From assembly GCA_039545335.1 (NCBI GenBank), contig BCIN01000003.1, positions 1-64,000 on the forward strand: a DNA stretch of 64,000 nucleotides, given 5' to 3'. The notes beneath the pieces are model-generated. The model saw nothing but the letters and a program-made list of their open reading frames with translations, was not told the DNA's origin and searched no databases. A program made the translations under genes and the position numbers. This document shows positions 24,312 through 36,319 of the stretch, piece after piece (positions within the stretch are counted from its first letter, which is position 1; each line of letters begins with the position of its first letter). Origin of the DNA: Kondoa subrosea (Eukaryota).

Positions 24312-27300
24312 CTAGAAGACGGCATCTCCTATTTTTTGCAGACGACTTCTCGGTCCAAGTTCCTTTTGAGACCTCTCGAAAGCTTGAGTATACGCCTCGA
24401 TCGCTTCCAGACCCTTTATTACAAAGCAAGGATATGAGCGGAGAGTCTTGTTACTGAAAAGGGATGTAGCCTTACGCTTGTTAAGTCAACCTCGTGACCA
24501 CGTTGGACTATACGTCTGGTCAGCATCATGCCAAGAAGAGGTATTGTATCTCACATTTAGTCTTCTTTAATAGTTTCCAAAAGATATACAGTAAAGGCAC
24601 AATGAACAGCATGGCATAATCGAAGATAAAGCCAGACGTAGACCACTGGCCGGGATAGAATCGAGTGTATCCGCTGATGATCAGGACGATGCTAGACATA
24701 ATCAATCTAGGCGAGAATAATCAGATGAGGGATTTTAATCAATAGAAAACTTGGCTTACGCATACCAAGCAGCACTATAGCGATGTCAGCGATTAGGAAC
24801 ACTTGAGAGTAATAATGCTCACAAAGGCTGCAATCGGGAACAGTAAGGCAAAAATTCATCTCGCGATAAACCTTGTTTCTTCATAGCATTGTTGAAGCGC
24901 AGCCATGTTCTGTACCCTTGTCAGCGTGTGCGAAAGGTAGATTTACAACGTACGATGACATGATCTGCATATACGGCTTTTCAGTGTTACTCCTCCTGAT
25001 CGATCAAATCACGCACAATCCAATTGAGTAATTGAGAGGCCGTCACCAATGATACCCACCAGGTAAGAACCTTCGCAGTCCCGGCAGCCACTGTGATATT
25101 CTGATCAGATGCAGCTTAAAACTAGGCAGTAATATCATACCACCCAGATAAGATAAGCAAGATAAGGCGTTTGCTACCAATACGCAGAGATAGGGGTTTC
25201 CATTGCGATTTAACTTAGTCAAGAAACGGGGTGCGTGACCTTTGAGGGCCATAGTGTACAGTGACTGCGAAAAATAATCAGCACAGGTTATGCAAATAAC
25301 CGACCGTAAAGACTCACACGACTGGTGCCAAATATGTAGGCGTTAGCAGCCGAGAAGATGGATGTTGCGATCAAGGCGTTGACGATGTCAGGTAAGACCG
25401 TAATGCCCTAAGCCGTTGTTCAGCTTTGTGCTTCTTGCTTACTGAAGGAGACTCACCATGCGTTGCTGTTGTCCAACCCCGTATCAGCCTCTTGTTAACC
25501 GTTGCAAAGGAGATTGAGCGTACCATTGCAATAACGTATGGTGAACTCTGTGAGATGAATTCAGATGAAACACTTGAAGCACCAACAGATACTTACAGCT
25601 GCTGTAGTTGTGCCTCCAACTACTCCAACTTCAGTTAAAGTATCAAGTGTATCAAGTAATTCGAAGAAAACGCACTCAATCTAGGTAACAAAAGCGATGA
25701 GTATACGCGCGCGGGAAGAAGTACATCTGCTTACCCTGGTGAGTTGTATGGGACCACAATACCAATGCACAGAGCTCCGCCGATGAAAAAGAACACCAGA
25801 CGATAAATGATGCTTTGGAAGGCACGACTATTCCAAGTGATCTCGATGTCAGCTGAGCAGGATATATTTTACCCCAACTAACGGCATAGTCTATGTTAAA
25901 CATCAGTTGGATTGAAAAACACGGCTGACTGCTCTTGATCAAACTGACCTTGCGTGGATTGATAGCTTCACCCGCTACGACAGAAATGTATTCCGGTCTA
26001 TGAAAAGATGAGGTGTGAACTATCTTGTCTGAACAGAGCATACCCAGCGATAACGAAGGCAGCTGCAGAAAATTCAGATCAATAGATGTACTCTATGAGG
26101 GAAAGCCGACTTACCACCTATTATACTTTGTACGATGCCTTCAAAGTTCCCGAGCGATCCTCCATCGTGGTTGGGAGCGAAAACACCGGGCTAAGACGGC
26201 CATCAGCAGCCTCTCGCAACCTTGTGATTTGCGAATGCATACATCTTTCCAATAGCGGAAACCCTGGCACAAACCAGATCAGTAAACGCCGAGTAGGTCT
26301 ACTGAAGCTGCTCACATATCGGTCGCCTTGAGGATTCCCGCCCAACATGGTTACTAGAAAAGAGTATGAGCCTTGTTTGGCAAAGCTTCACAGCTAAATA
26401 CCCAATGTAAATCCCATCATACCGAGAATCAAGATAACTTTGCCTATAGCAAACCTATTAAATATCTTAGCAATACTCAAATAACTTATCCTGCTTGACT
26501 TGCCAAAACTCAGCTTCGCCAAACCAAGCCACCGACCAAATATTCAGGATGAAGTATAGGAAAACTAATACACTAGTGAATATGGCTGGCGATATATCGT
26601 CCTTCCAATAACTGATTACCACTGAAAAGATAGTAATGTCGAAGCAGATCAAAGCAGCCTGATAGAACGTTGAGTATACAATCGAGGGTAAGAAGCGCTA
26701 CACGGACTTGACTCTACCAGAGAGACGACAATTCAGTAAAAGAAAGCAAACCGCGCTCGTGCAAAGCCCTTACGAAGAAATAGTTATAGCCAGTTGCGAA
26801 TCCATAAGCTTCATCCACAAACTGGACAATGATCTTCCGTCAGTCAGTCTCAGTGCAGCTTCGACGGGCTTACGCGACCAGCAAAGTGAATGAATGAGCC
26901 ATCAACGGGACTGTTTGCTGGCGTGAGAAGTTCCTCAGCGCCGAGCTACTCAAGCGGCAACGAACTGGAGTGTGACCATCTCTATTTGACACATTGCCAC
27001 ACAGAATATTACTGATGTCCAAACAATAAATCCTGTCAATGAGCACTCTTAGCGTTCTTTAGACCACCAAAATCCGAAAGTAATATACCGAGCAACAACC
27101 CCAAAGGACCGCCTGCTCGTAGTGAAGATCCAATCGCAATGAAAAGCGCAGCTCCTACTGTGCCTATACAGAACTCGTGAGCGGTGATCGGATTATATAA
27201 GCCGAAGAGCTTGCCAGCGATACTGAGCAGCTGGATGTGACGACTTGTGAGACGCCTGTGGTTGATCATTCCATCCACAACATCCACTTCGCTGTTGTCA

Positions 27301-27444
27301 TCTTCTTTCTCATCTATTCTGTGCTTAGATTTCCATCAACTTCAGTCTCCTAAGCAGCATACGAGCGATGTTGATCTCTGTAGGATCTCTCTTCCACCAT
27401 TGCCGATGCTGCTTCTCTGGGTCGAGTACTTCTTTGTTCTCCAT
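24312..27444 (-). CDS. Amino-acid permease (APC superfamily, yeast amino-acid transporter family), very intron-rich
   Basis: RRLTSRHIQLLSIAG|TVGAALFIAIG..GGP, WFGEAEFW, GPEYISVVAGEAINPR and MALKGHAPRFLTKLNRNGNPY. The start could extend to an in-frame ATG at 27720. Confidence 0.93.
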
Positions 27445-28358
27445 GGTTTGTCCGGAGCGGTAAGTGAATTTAAGAAAATCTGAGTTTTCAGTCAAAAGAT
27501 CATTTGCCCATCTCTTGTTTACCCATCCGGGTAGCGAAAATTTAACCAGTAATGCATCTTTCTTCTCGCTATGTCGGTCTAGAAGGAGCCCACCGCATGG
27601 AGACACAACAGACCAGAACAAAGAAGCACATGAACAAGAAACTGGAGAAATTTTGAAGAACAAGAAATGGCACAAATGAAGCGCTAGCAGCCTGCATAGA
27701 TGCCCAATAGAAGGCCTCATTCAGGATATTGATAGATTTACGTAGCGACTTTACAAGATAGAGAAGATAGAGAAACCTTTGCGAAGTGAAAAATTGAAGA
27801 AAGGTTGCATATCTCTTCGGTGCCAGCGCCTCGACTAGCTATTGCAAGAAGGCCAGGAAAGCCATAATTCAGCAGACAGTGGATGCAGCAGGACAACCTC
27901 GCGAGAGCAGGGCAAAACTATATTTATGCTTCAAGTTACCGAATACCGATGGCTCTTCTCGGGGCTACTCCCAACTTCGCATGCGAGCAAAGTATCATGC
28001 AAAGTCTGCTCGCGCGAACTCTTCACGAGATATGAAAAGGGAAGAACTCCAATCACACGCTGTGTAGTCTGGCTAAGCAGGAAGACTTCACTCCGATTTA
28101 GCTTGCTAGTAGCCGTCTGCCTCACTCTTGGCTGACTTGATTCCGTTGCTGTATCGTTTATTGCTGAAGCCATGCACTTTCGGGTGCAACTACTTCCGCA
28201 TCTGAACTTGCGTCTCGCTGCAGCCATGACTTATGGCCAAGTTGATCCTGGTGACATGATCCGTGCTCGCAGCCTTAGACAGTCTCCGGCTCTTCTGCTT
28301 ACATCCTTTTTGCACCCTTTGCGACTTTGCACACTTGCTCTTTTGCGCTTTGGCGAAG

Positions 28359-28366
28359 TATAAAAA
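28359..28366 (+). promoter_or_regulatory. Candidate TATA box of the C2H2 gene
   Basis: TATAAAAA about 60 nt upstream of ATG 28423. Confidence 0.5.
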
Positions 28367-28417
28367 GGCAGCACGATGCTTGGTTTCCTGCTCTTGGATT
28401 TCCCTTATTCTATCATC

Positions 28418-28453
28418 CAACTATGTTCCCATCCACAACTATGTTCCCATCCA
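28418..28453 (+). repeat. Perfect 18-bp tandem duplication, CAACTATGTTCCCATCCA x2
   Basis: Seen directly; it duplicates the putative start codon (MFPSTT-MFPSK). Confidence 0.9.
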
Positions 28454-29350
28454 AGCGCTCTTCCAATCCATCTCGAGCACCCTGGTCAATTGAATCGCCT
28501 TCTGCTCTTGCGAATCCCATCTACGGTCACTCCTCTACCAGGAGAGTTCCGGAGCAAGCTGATTCACGATCCCCTAATGTAAGGCGCTAATACCAGGCGG
28601 CTTCGTCGGCGACTGATATTCCTCGAGCAGCTCAAGCCTCGCTTCCTCTCAGCTACAAGCGACGATATACAGACCATTCCTGAACTTTACCCCTCTACTG
28701 CGTCCTATACAATACAATCCTCATATCAGTCTTCGGCAAACATCTATCCTAACCCTTTATCTTCTTTTGCAAATTCCTCTTCGCTGTCCAACTCTTCTCC
28801 TTGGCTCACTCCGTTTCATACACCTACATCAACTCTTCCTCCACCTGCCACTATACAACTGAGTCAAGACGAAGAAGACATTCAGATATCTCCACTTGAC
28901 TTGCCTGGCACTTTGCAAAGGCCAATTCCGATCACTTCAACATCGAGTACCAATGTCCCCGCAAGCAATGACTATCCACCAGTCGGAACTTACACTTGGG
29001 AACCTTTGCGGATTCAAAACTCAAAACCAGTTGTTTACGTTTGTCCCGATGAAGAATGTTTGCGCAAGCAAAGAAGAGCAGATAAGAAGAGCAATATCAA
29101 ACAGCATATGCAAAGCCACAGTGATCTGTGTCCATTGTATGTCTCTCGGTTACGCGCTGGATTGTTTGCTTATTTTGATTCTCTTATCCAGCTCTTGTCC
29201 ACGCTGTGCTCTTCCTTTCAAGAGGCAGCATGATATGAAAAGGCACATGCAAGATAAGTGTAAATTAAGAGATACAGGCGCCGCCAGTGAGCGGGTTTCT
29301 TGTCCGCTGAACATTGTGCTAAGATTCCATGTGTATTAGACATCGCCTAA
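28423..29350 (+). CDS. C2H2 zinc-finger transcription factor (two C-terminal fingers)
   Basis: S/P-rich N-terminus; YVCPDEEC..KSNIKQHMQSH and, after an intron, CPRCALPFKRQHDMKRHMQDKC. Confidence 0.8.
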
Positions 29351-29660
29351 GCAACTCTTGAGCAGAACACTCAGCTCATCATTGCAAGAAAATTCATCAG
29401 CTCGTCTTCCGCTCTCACCGCCTTACGTCTATTTCCACTTCTCGTTCGAACTCATGCTCAACATCATTCTTAGTTTTCTTTTTTTGAGCGATAAATCGGT
29501 TTACAGGAATCCGTTCATTGTATTATGCAGCGCTATTGAAATGTAAAGCATGTTCTTCAGCCTTATGCGCGAAAGCCGATGATGCATTCTCGCAAACGTC
29601 AATGTTGTCCGCAAACCATTTCATTCTGGCCAAATTTCAACACTGGCTTTACCGTTCTAC

Positions 29661-30741
29661 TTGCAGAACGTGACTCTATCTCGAACATCACTGCTTGACT
29701 TGTATCAGCAGCGCTTGAGTCCGCTATTCTCAGAGCCTGTCGACTATAATCTTCTACTTCAATACACTGGTTTCGCCTTGCTCTTGCTCTGGTCTATATT
29801 CAGACTAGGTCGTAACAGAGCTCCAATGTTTGCGAATTCAGCTTACGCAAATCCCTACGCAAATGGAACAAAGACCGATTCCCTGGCAGCGACAATAGAA
29901 GAGGAAAGTAGGGAGAATGAAGTGATAATAGAATGGGGCAATGAGAGGTGCGGGATGATTGGCATTAAGTGCATAAGGATGCTAATAATGTAGCTTCTCG
30001 GCACAGAATGCTATTCAAGCTGCCAGATCCTAAAACCCCTTTGATCAAGCTGAAGCAAGCGATAGCGAATAAGACAGGGATAGAACCAAATCAGCAAACA
30101 CTGTACTTATATGGTGAGCTGCATCTAATATACTCAATGCAAACGTGTGTTGAGCTTTCCAACCAGGTTTCAGAATGAAGGATGACTCAGCACCGTTGGA
30201 AAGATGGCAAGGACTCTATTCTTCCCTTGACGCATATGCACCAAAGAAACCTTCAACCTCTTCCTTTTCGAATCTCATGCGAGGGTTTCAGAATACATGG
30301 TCAAGCAAAAAGTCATCACCACCTAAACGAATCGTTTTAGTCGCTTCGCCGGAATCATCAGCAACCGTTTCTGACAAACTACCTTCTTCAAGTACTTTCG
30401 CATCTTCGAAACCTGTTCAACCCAAACCTCAACCTTCAGATGAAAGTACAGTCATTCTTTCCATACAACGGATCTCAACAGACGTCTTGAAGAGGTTGCA
30501 TCCGGATATGCAGAAATATGCGCAGCAAGTAGCCGACAACCAACCGCAACAAGCAGGTCAAACGTATTCCATGTTGAGCGAAACTCTTTTGCAAGCTTTG
30601 TTGAAACTGGATGGGATTGAAGTGAACCCTGAGTTTGGTAAAGCGAGGCAAGAAAGGAAGAATGCAGTCAAAGCTGTCCAAGCTGCTTTGGATAAGATTG
30701 ATTCCCTCAAGGAAGAGAATCAAGCGTCGCAGCCAGAATAA
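29661..30741 (+). CDS. BAG-domain Hsp70 co-chaperone with a ubiquitin-like domain and probable N-terminal TM (start codon uncertain)
   Basis: UBL (VIIEWGNER..LKQAIANKTGIEPNQQTL..G..MKDD) and BAG (LSETLLQALLKLDGI..ARQERKNAVKAVQAALDKID). Upstream hydrophobic segment YTGFALLLLWSIF. Confidence 0.85.
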
Positions 30742-30807
30742 AGTATAAGATCGCGTATAGACATGTTATAATACATTTTAGAGTATGCTATTGCCTTACA
30801 ATGTGTG

Positions 30808-31410
30808 CTATGACTTGGTATCTTCCTGTAGCTCTTTTTCCGGCTGATTCTGATCCCACAGCTTGGTTCCTTCTCGAACCGGTTTGCTTTGATCCGCATC
30901 CAGTAACGGTACATCCAGTCCGACGACCCTGTTAGCCATGCACTCCATTAGCATGTTCATTTGCTATAGCAGTGTTACGACTGACCTCGCCGTCGCTCGC
31001 GTCTTTTCTTCTTGAGTCATTGTAGATGCGGGGTTATAGAGTAAAGTAAGATCCTGCAAATTGAAAAGCATCAGCACAGGCTATATGATAGAAGAGGAAG
31101 GTTCAAGAGAGCCCTTTTGCGACAGTCGAAAGCGGCAAAAAGACATAGCAAGAAGGAAAATTGTGAAAGTGAGCGAAGAAACCAACCTTATGCAGCCTGC
31201 TGGCTTTGAAAAAGGATTCCAAATTCGCTGCATCCTTCTGCGAAACTGTCGATGCCAGGATTCTAGCTTGCTGCTTGATCGTCGCACTTCGAGTCGCTTT
31301 GGGTGAAGTATACTAGAGCGATTTATTGTGTAAGGATAGAAACATAACAGACAAATAATGAGACCTACCGATCTCAGGAAGGATTTGTACAGAGTACTCG
31401 GAGTTGACAT
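30808..31410 (-). CDS. FMC1: ATP synthase assembly factor Fmc1 (LYR-like)
   Basis: Hand-spliced over 3 introns: MSTPSTLYKSFLRS|YTSPK..AANLESFFKASRLHK|DLTLLYNPASTMTQEEKTRATAR|VVGLDVP. The YNP..M.QEE..R.TAR.VGL.P signature is recalled from Fmc1. Confidence 0.82.
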
Positions 31411-31584
31411 TTGCGAAAGTTGTGAAGAGGAAGAAATCGGGAAAAGCAATCAGACTAAATTGAGCCAATGGATGACACTACAGCACAAGGGTGCTTAGAG
31501 AAGAAGCCAGCTAAGACAGAGACGGCACTTTAGATCAACTTGAAAGCAAGGTAAAGCGAGAGGTTGACCTGTTGCAGCCGACAA

Positions 31585-33140
31585 ATGATTTCCACAAGAG
31601 CAACAGCTGTCAGGCCGGCTATCAGGGCTGCCAGTCAGCAGCAAGCTGCAAGGCAATTCAGCAGCTCGCCTGTTCCCCAAGCCACTTTGCGTGAATTGGG
31701 TCAGTCGCTAGATATCTTCCCAAGTCTTGTTGCTCGGCTCTTATATGTCTATGCTACTCTCAGAGACTCGCCTGAAGTCGTACGTATATAATTGACTGCA
31801 TTGGAGTGGCTCCCGTGCTGAAATGAAGTCTCAAGTGTGCGAAACATCGAAAAGGTGCCAAAGTCATGCTGTTTTCCGAAGGATGGCTTCTAAGCACTGG
31901 ACTTACAGGTCACCAAGTCGATGAAAATGATTGCTACCACGAGGTGAGCAAGCATCTCGAGTGAAATTTCGCAATCAATAGCCAATACCAAATTCAGACT
32001 GAACAAGGCTCAAGAAGCAATGAAGACTGCTAAGCTCTATGGCGAAACTACCGGTCAAATCTTCCAAGAGTCTGACGCAGGCAAAGCACCAGAAGGCGAA
32101 GCAGAGGCTTCGGTACCAGTTGGAAAGACTCTTTGGATCGTTGCTAGCTCAGATAGAGGTCTATGTGGTGGTATCCACTCTTCAGTCACCAAGAAATGGA
32201 GAAGGGAAACCGCTGGGCAAGATCTTGCTGAAACCAACCTCGTCATTCTTGGTGACAAGTGCAAGGCTCAATTATCTAGAGTTGCTCCTGAATCCATCGT
32301 TCTCTCCTTCAACCAGATTGGTAAACAAGTCCCTACTTTCGGAGATGCTCTAGCAGTAGCAGAATTGATCGAAGATAATAAGACCGAGTATGAAAAGGTC
32401 AGCAGACCGCTAAACCTCCATATTCTAGGCTTATTAGTGCCTTCGTTACTCGATAGATCAACTTGATCTACAACAAAGTTTTATCAGCTGTAGGTTCTGC
32501 ATGCAGCTCTATTACATAGTGCAATCTGATGGGCACCTACAGATCGCCTACGAGGCCGTCGTTATGGAAGTTTTCAACGCCAAAGCTCTTTCCAAAGCAC
32601 CCAAGATCGCAGCCTATGAGATTGAAGAAGACACCTACTCTGCCGATCTAGCTGATTTCGCTCTCGCCAACTCTATCTATGCTGCTTTGGCTGAAGGTCA
32701 CGCTGCTGAGGTGCGCTTGGAATGGTGGTATTCAGCCTCATGCTGATGGGCCAGTTTTCATTGCACAGATTTCTGCTCGTCGTAATGCTATGGACAACGC
32801 TTCCAAGAATGCTGGTGAAATGAGTAAGTCTGAGATGAACGAAGTACAGACATCTTGCTCAATGCCACCCTCATATTACAGTGGGCAAGCTGCAAATGCA
32901 GTTCAACAGAATGCGTCAATCTCAAATTAGTATGTTCATCTCCCTTTCGTCGTGCGCAATGACTAATTGAGCTGTACAGCCAACGATTTGGTCGATGTAA
33001 GCTAATTACGAGCGTTTCTGCTGTTTCTCACTAATGATAATTTGTCTCAATCAGATTGTTACTGGTATGTTCATCCTCAACTCCAATTGAGATACGCTAA
33101 TGTACCATCGTTTTTTACAGGCGCAAACGCTCTGGAGTAA
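31585..33140 (+). CDS. ATP3: F1 ATP synthase gamma subunit
   Basis: ATLRELE..KVTKSMKMIATTR, SSDRGLCGGIHS, EGHAAE|ISARRNAMDNASKNAG and ending TGANALE; many short exons. Confidence 0.97.
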
Positions 33141-33312
33141 GGAGGATTTGGCAAGTCGGACATAACGGTAAAATTGGATGCAATGGTATTCTGTGCAGCA
33201 TTTCCCTTGCGTCTCTTCTTGCGTACCAGCGGAACATCATTGTGCGGGACATATCAGCAACGATTAGCGATTGAAAAGGGTGTTCGGATTACCCCGAGCC
33301 AATCGCATTTTG

Positions 33313-33321
33313 ATCTGATAA
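33313..33321 (+). promoter_or_regulatory. Iron-responsive GATA repressor site ATCTGATAA (SreA/Fep1/Urbs1-type consensus ATCWGATAA)
   Basis: Exact consensus match about 130 nt upstream of the siderophore transporter ATG. Confidence 0.7.
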
Positions 33322-33450
33322 CACTCGGAACGAACGGCGACCCTTCCAACACATTGCATTGCACTGCTGTACATCCACACTGCTTCTGATGCTGTGCATG
33401 GCATTCAACAGAGGGATAGCTTCGATTGTCCTGCTTTCGTAAAGATCCAA

Positions 33451-35993
33451 ATGGAGACGCCCAACTCAATCCGACCTGGTCTCAAGAGCAGCGACGGCAC
33501 ACCGACGCGCTATGGGTCATTCGATTCTCTGAACAACCCATTCTCTGACCCAGATACATTCGATGCCGCTACTCCTTTGCCTCGAAGTAGCAAGTTGCAA
33601 CCTAGAAGTGGAAGTCTGAATCGAGAATGGACCAAGTCCTCTGAAGCTGTAGTCTTCAAGTCTCGGAGGAAATCAGGTTATGCTATGGAGCACGAGGAAG
33701 AAGCAGAGGAACAGGCTGGCGAGAGTGATATTCAATATCTTCAAGCTGCGGAAGGATCGGAGGATGGTGATGACAAGTCTGCCCGACCATATGGTGTATT
33801 AAAGATGCAGGCAATCACCAGACATTGGTCCAAGCGAGGGTTGTTGGTGTCATATGCTTGGTAAGCTTCATTGCATCCATTTATGTATCTCGGCCATGAT
33901 CTAATGCCACTATTACAGCCTGTATCTGCTTAGCGCTATTACTTCTCTGGGCACAATGACAACTTTCACTATCGAACCTTTTCTGCTATCATCATTCAAA
34001 GCACATTCCCTTCTGTCTGTCGTTGCGATTCTCGATAGTGTAAGTAAAGACGGTCATCTATAGTGATCATAAGGTGATCTCTCTTGCAGCTCACATACGC
34101 TATTGGTAAACCTCCAATCGTCAAGATACTAGACGTTTTCGGACGAGCAGAAGGTATAGCTGTTTGCGTCTTTTTATATGCATTGGGTGAGTCCGCTCGG
34201 TCAAGTCTACTTTTGTGTGGACTTACACTCTTGTCAGGCAACATTCTCATTGGCTGCTGTACCAACGTCATCACTTTCGCTGTAGGTCGCATTAGCGCAA
34301 TTACTTCTGATCTTAAGCTGAAGCTGCGCTCCAGAGTGCCAAAATGATAGCTGCATTCGGCATGCAGGGACTTCAGCTTGCAATACAAGTTCTGATAGCA
34401 GGTGAGAGTTATCATCCATTGCAGATACTTAGCTGAATGTCGTTCAGACACTTCCACGTTGACCAATCGAGGTCTTATTACTTCAACTATATTCTTACCT
34501 TGGACAGCAACAGTTATTGCTGGACCTCAACTTGGCTCTTACTTTCTTGGCCTAGGCGAAGCTGGATATCGACTACCATACATCATCTTCGGCGTTATCG
34601 TACCTTTACTCACGTTACCGCTTATTATAACGCTTAGACAGAATTTCAATCAACTCAGACAGAAGCTGCTCAAGCCAAAATCACTCATGCGCAGATTGAG
34701 CGATGCTTCAGTCAAAGAAGATGCCGAGACAAGCTCGATCAACGAACTAGTCAAAGAACCTCGAAGCCCTTTTCAATTGGCTAAAGAAGTTTGGGTACAA
34801 ATGGACTCCGTCGGCATTCTCATCTTCACTATAGCTGGTATTTTGCTGCTGGTACCATTTTCAATAGCTGCAAATCAACCTCGAAGCTGGAAAAGTCCTT
34901 CTGTTTGGATTTCTATCTCTTCTGGTCTGGCTCTATTCTATTACTTCAGATCTTACGAACGACGAGTACCTCAATTTCCAATTTTACCCGAACGCCTACT
35001 GAAAGATAAAACTACTCGATCTGGTTGTCTGCTTGGCTTCTTTCACTTCACCTGTCAATTCGTCTACGAATCTTACTTTACCTCATACTTACAAGTAGCT
35101 CGTTTCACCTCCGCAAAAGACGCTCAATATATTGCCCAATCTTATATCTTTTCAGCTTGTGTTACCGGTCTGGTCTCCGGTATACTAGTCAAATACACAC
35201 AACGTTACAAAATCTGGGCTACTTTGGGTGTGTTGGTACATATCATCGGAGCGATTATGATGGTCCGGTTTCGAGGGATGGAGAACCCGACTTGGGAAGT
35301 CGTATTCAGTCAAATTGTCGGCGGGATAGGTGGAGGACTCACAACGCAGACCGTTCAAGTCGGAGTACAAAGTGTGGCCGCTAGTGCTGATATGGCTACT
35401 GCTACTGCTTTGTTTTTGACATGTGCAACTTTGGGTAAGAGGCATTCATTTTGCAAGAGTGCGTAGCTGATGGATCTGCACAGGCGGTGCTGTTGGCGGC
35501 GCGATATCTGGAGCTATTTGGACGACTTTACTACCCCGCAAGCTGAAGAGCTACTTACCGGCAGATCAGCATAAGCTTGTTCATGGCATTGTGGAGAGCC
35601 TGACTGAAGCACTTTCCTACGCCCGTGGATCAGCAGAAAGAGACGCAATCAATAGAGCATATACAGATGTTCAATGGTAAGTCTCCTGCTGAGTAGCTGT
35701 CCTAAAGCTCATATAGGTGGTGAACAAGGACACTGAATATGGTTGCTGCTTTGGCATTGGTACCCGCTTTGATCAGTGTTCTGGGTATGCGGAATGTTCA
35801 TCTAGCTAAAGAAGAGCCTACACCGACTACCGTTGTCGTGTTGGGTCGGGCAAGCATATTATTCGATAGTGAGCTACTCTTCAATAATTGCGCCTTCGTA
35901 TGTTGAGTGTCAGCTACAGAAGACGATGATATCGAAGACTATGAAGACGAAACTAGAGAGCTTCTGGATGACGCGCCGACACATATCGCATAA
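33451..35993 (+). CDS. Siderophore-iron transporter (MFS, ARN/Mir/Str family)
   Basis: YGVLKMQAITRHWSK, KPPIVKILDVFGRAEG, DTSTLTNRGL, YFTSYLQV, GGAVGGAISGAIW and ERDAINRAY. Confidence 0.92.
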
Positions 35994-36319
35994 GAAGTTA
36001 CCAACCTTTCGTTCACAGGCATTATGCTGTACATTTATACTACGGGCCATTTGCATACCATTTTCGCATTGTACTAGACTCTGTTGTAGCATTATTTCTC
36101 GTTCAAACATGCTTACCTCATACTGCTCGACGGACAACATGCTTACTCAGCAGCTCTTCTAAATCCGACGACCTAAATTTTGCAGAGCTCTCGTTTGAAA
36201 CTACTGCTGAACTCTCACATCAGTGCCGCTGAGCTGCCTTAATTCCTTTGAATCTGAATCTCCTACCAAGCTCCTACACTTGGATCTCACCTCAGAATTC
36301 TTGCTTTACACTCCAAGTC

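Noticed and set aside
24312..27444. Fragmented ORFs read as pseudogenes, frameshifting or an alternative genetic code
   Set aside because: The breaks I examined coincide with GT..AG introns of about 50 nt, and splicing restores conserved motifs under the standard code.
28190..28420. Lys-rich 76-aa minus-strand ORF
   Set aside because: It is the antisense reading of the TTTGC-rich promoter, and no family features are evident.
31053..31186. Intronic snoRNA in the unusually long FMC1 intron
   Set aside because: A small TTTTGC/GCAAAA hairpin is present, but I found no convincing C/D or H/ACA box arrangement.
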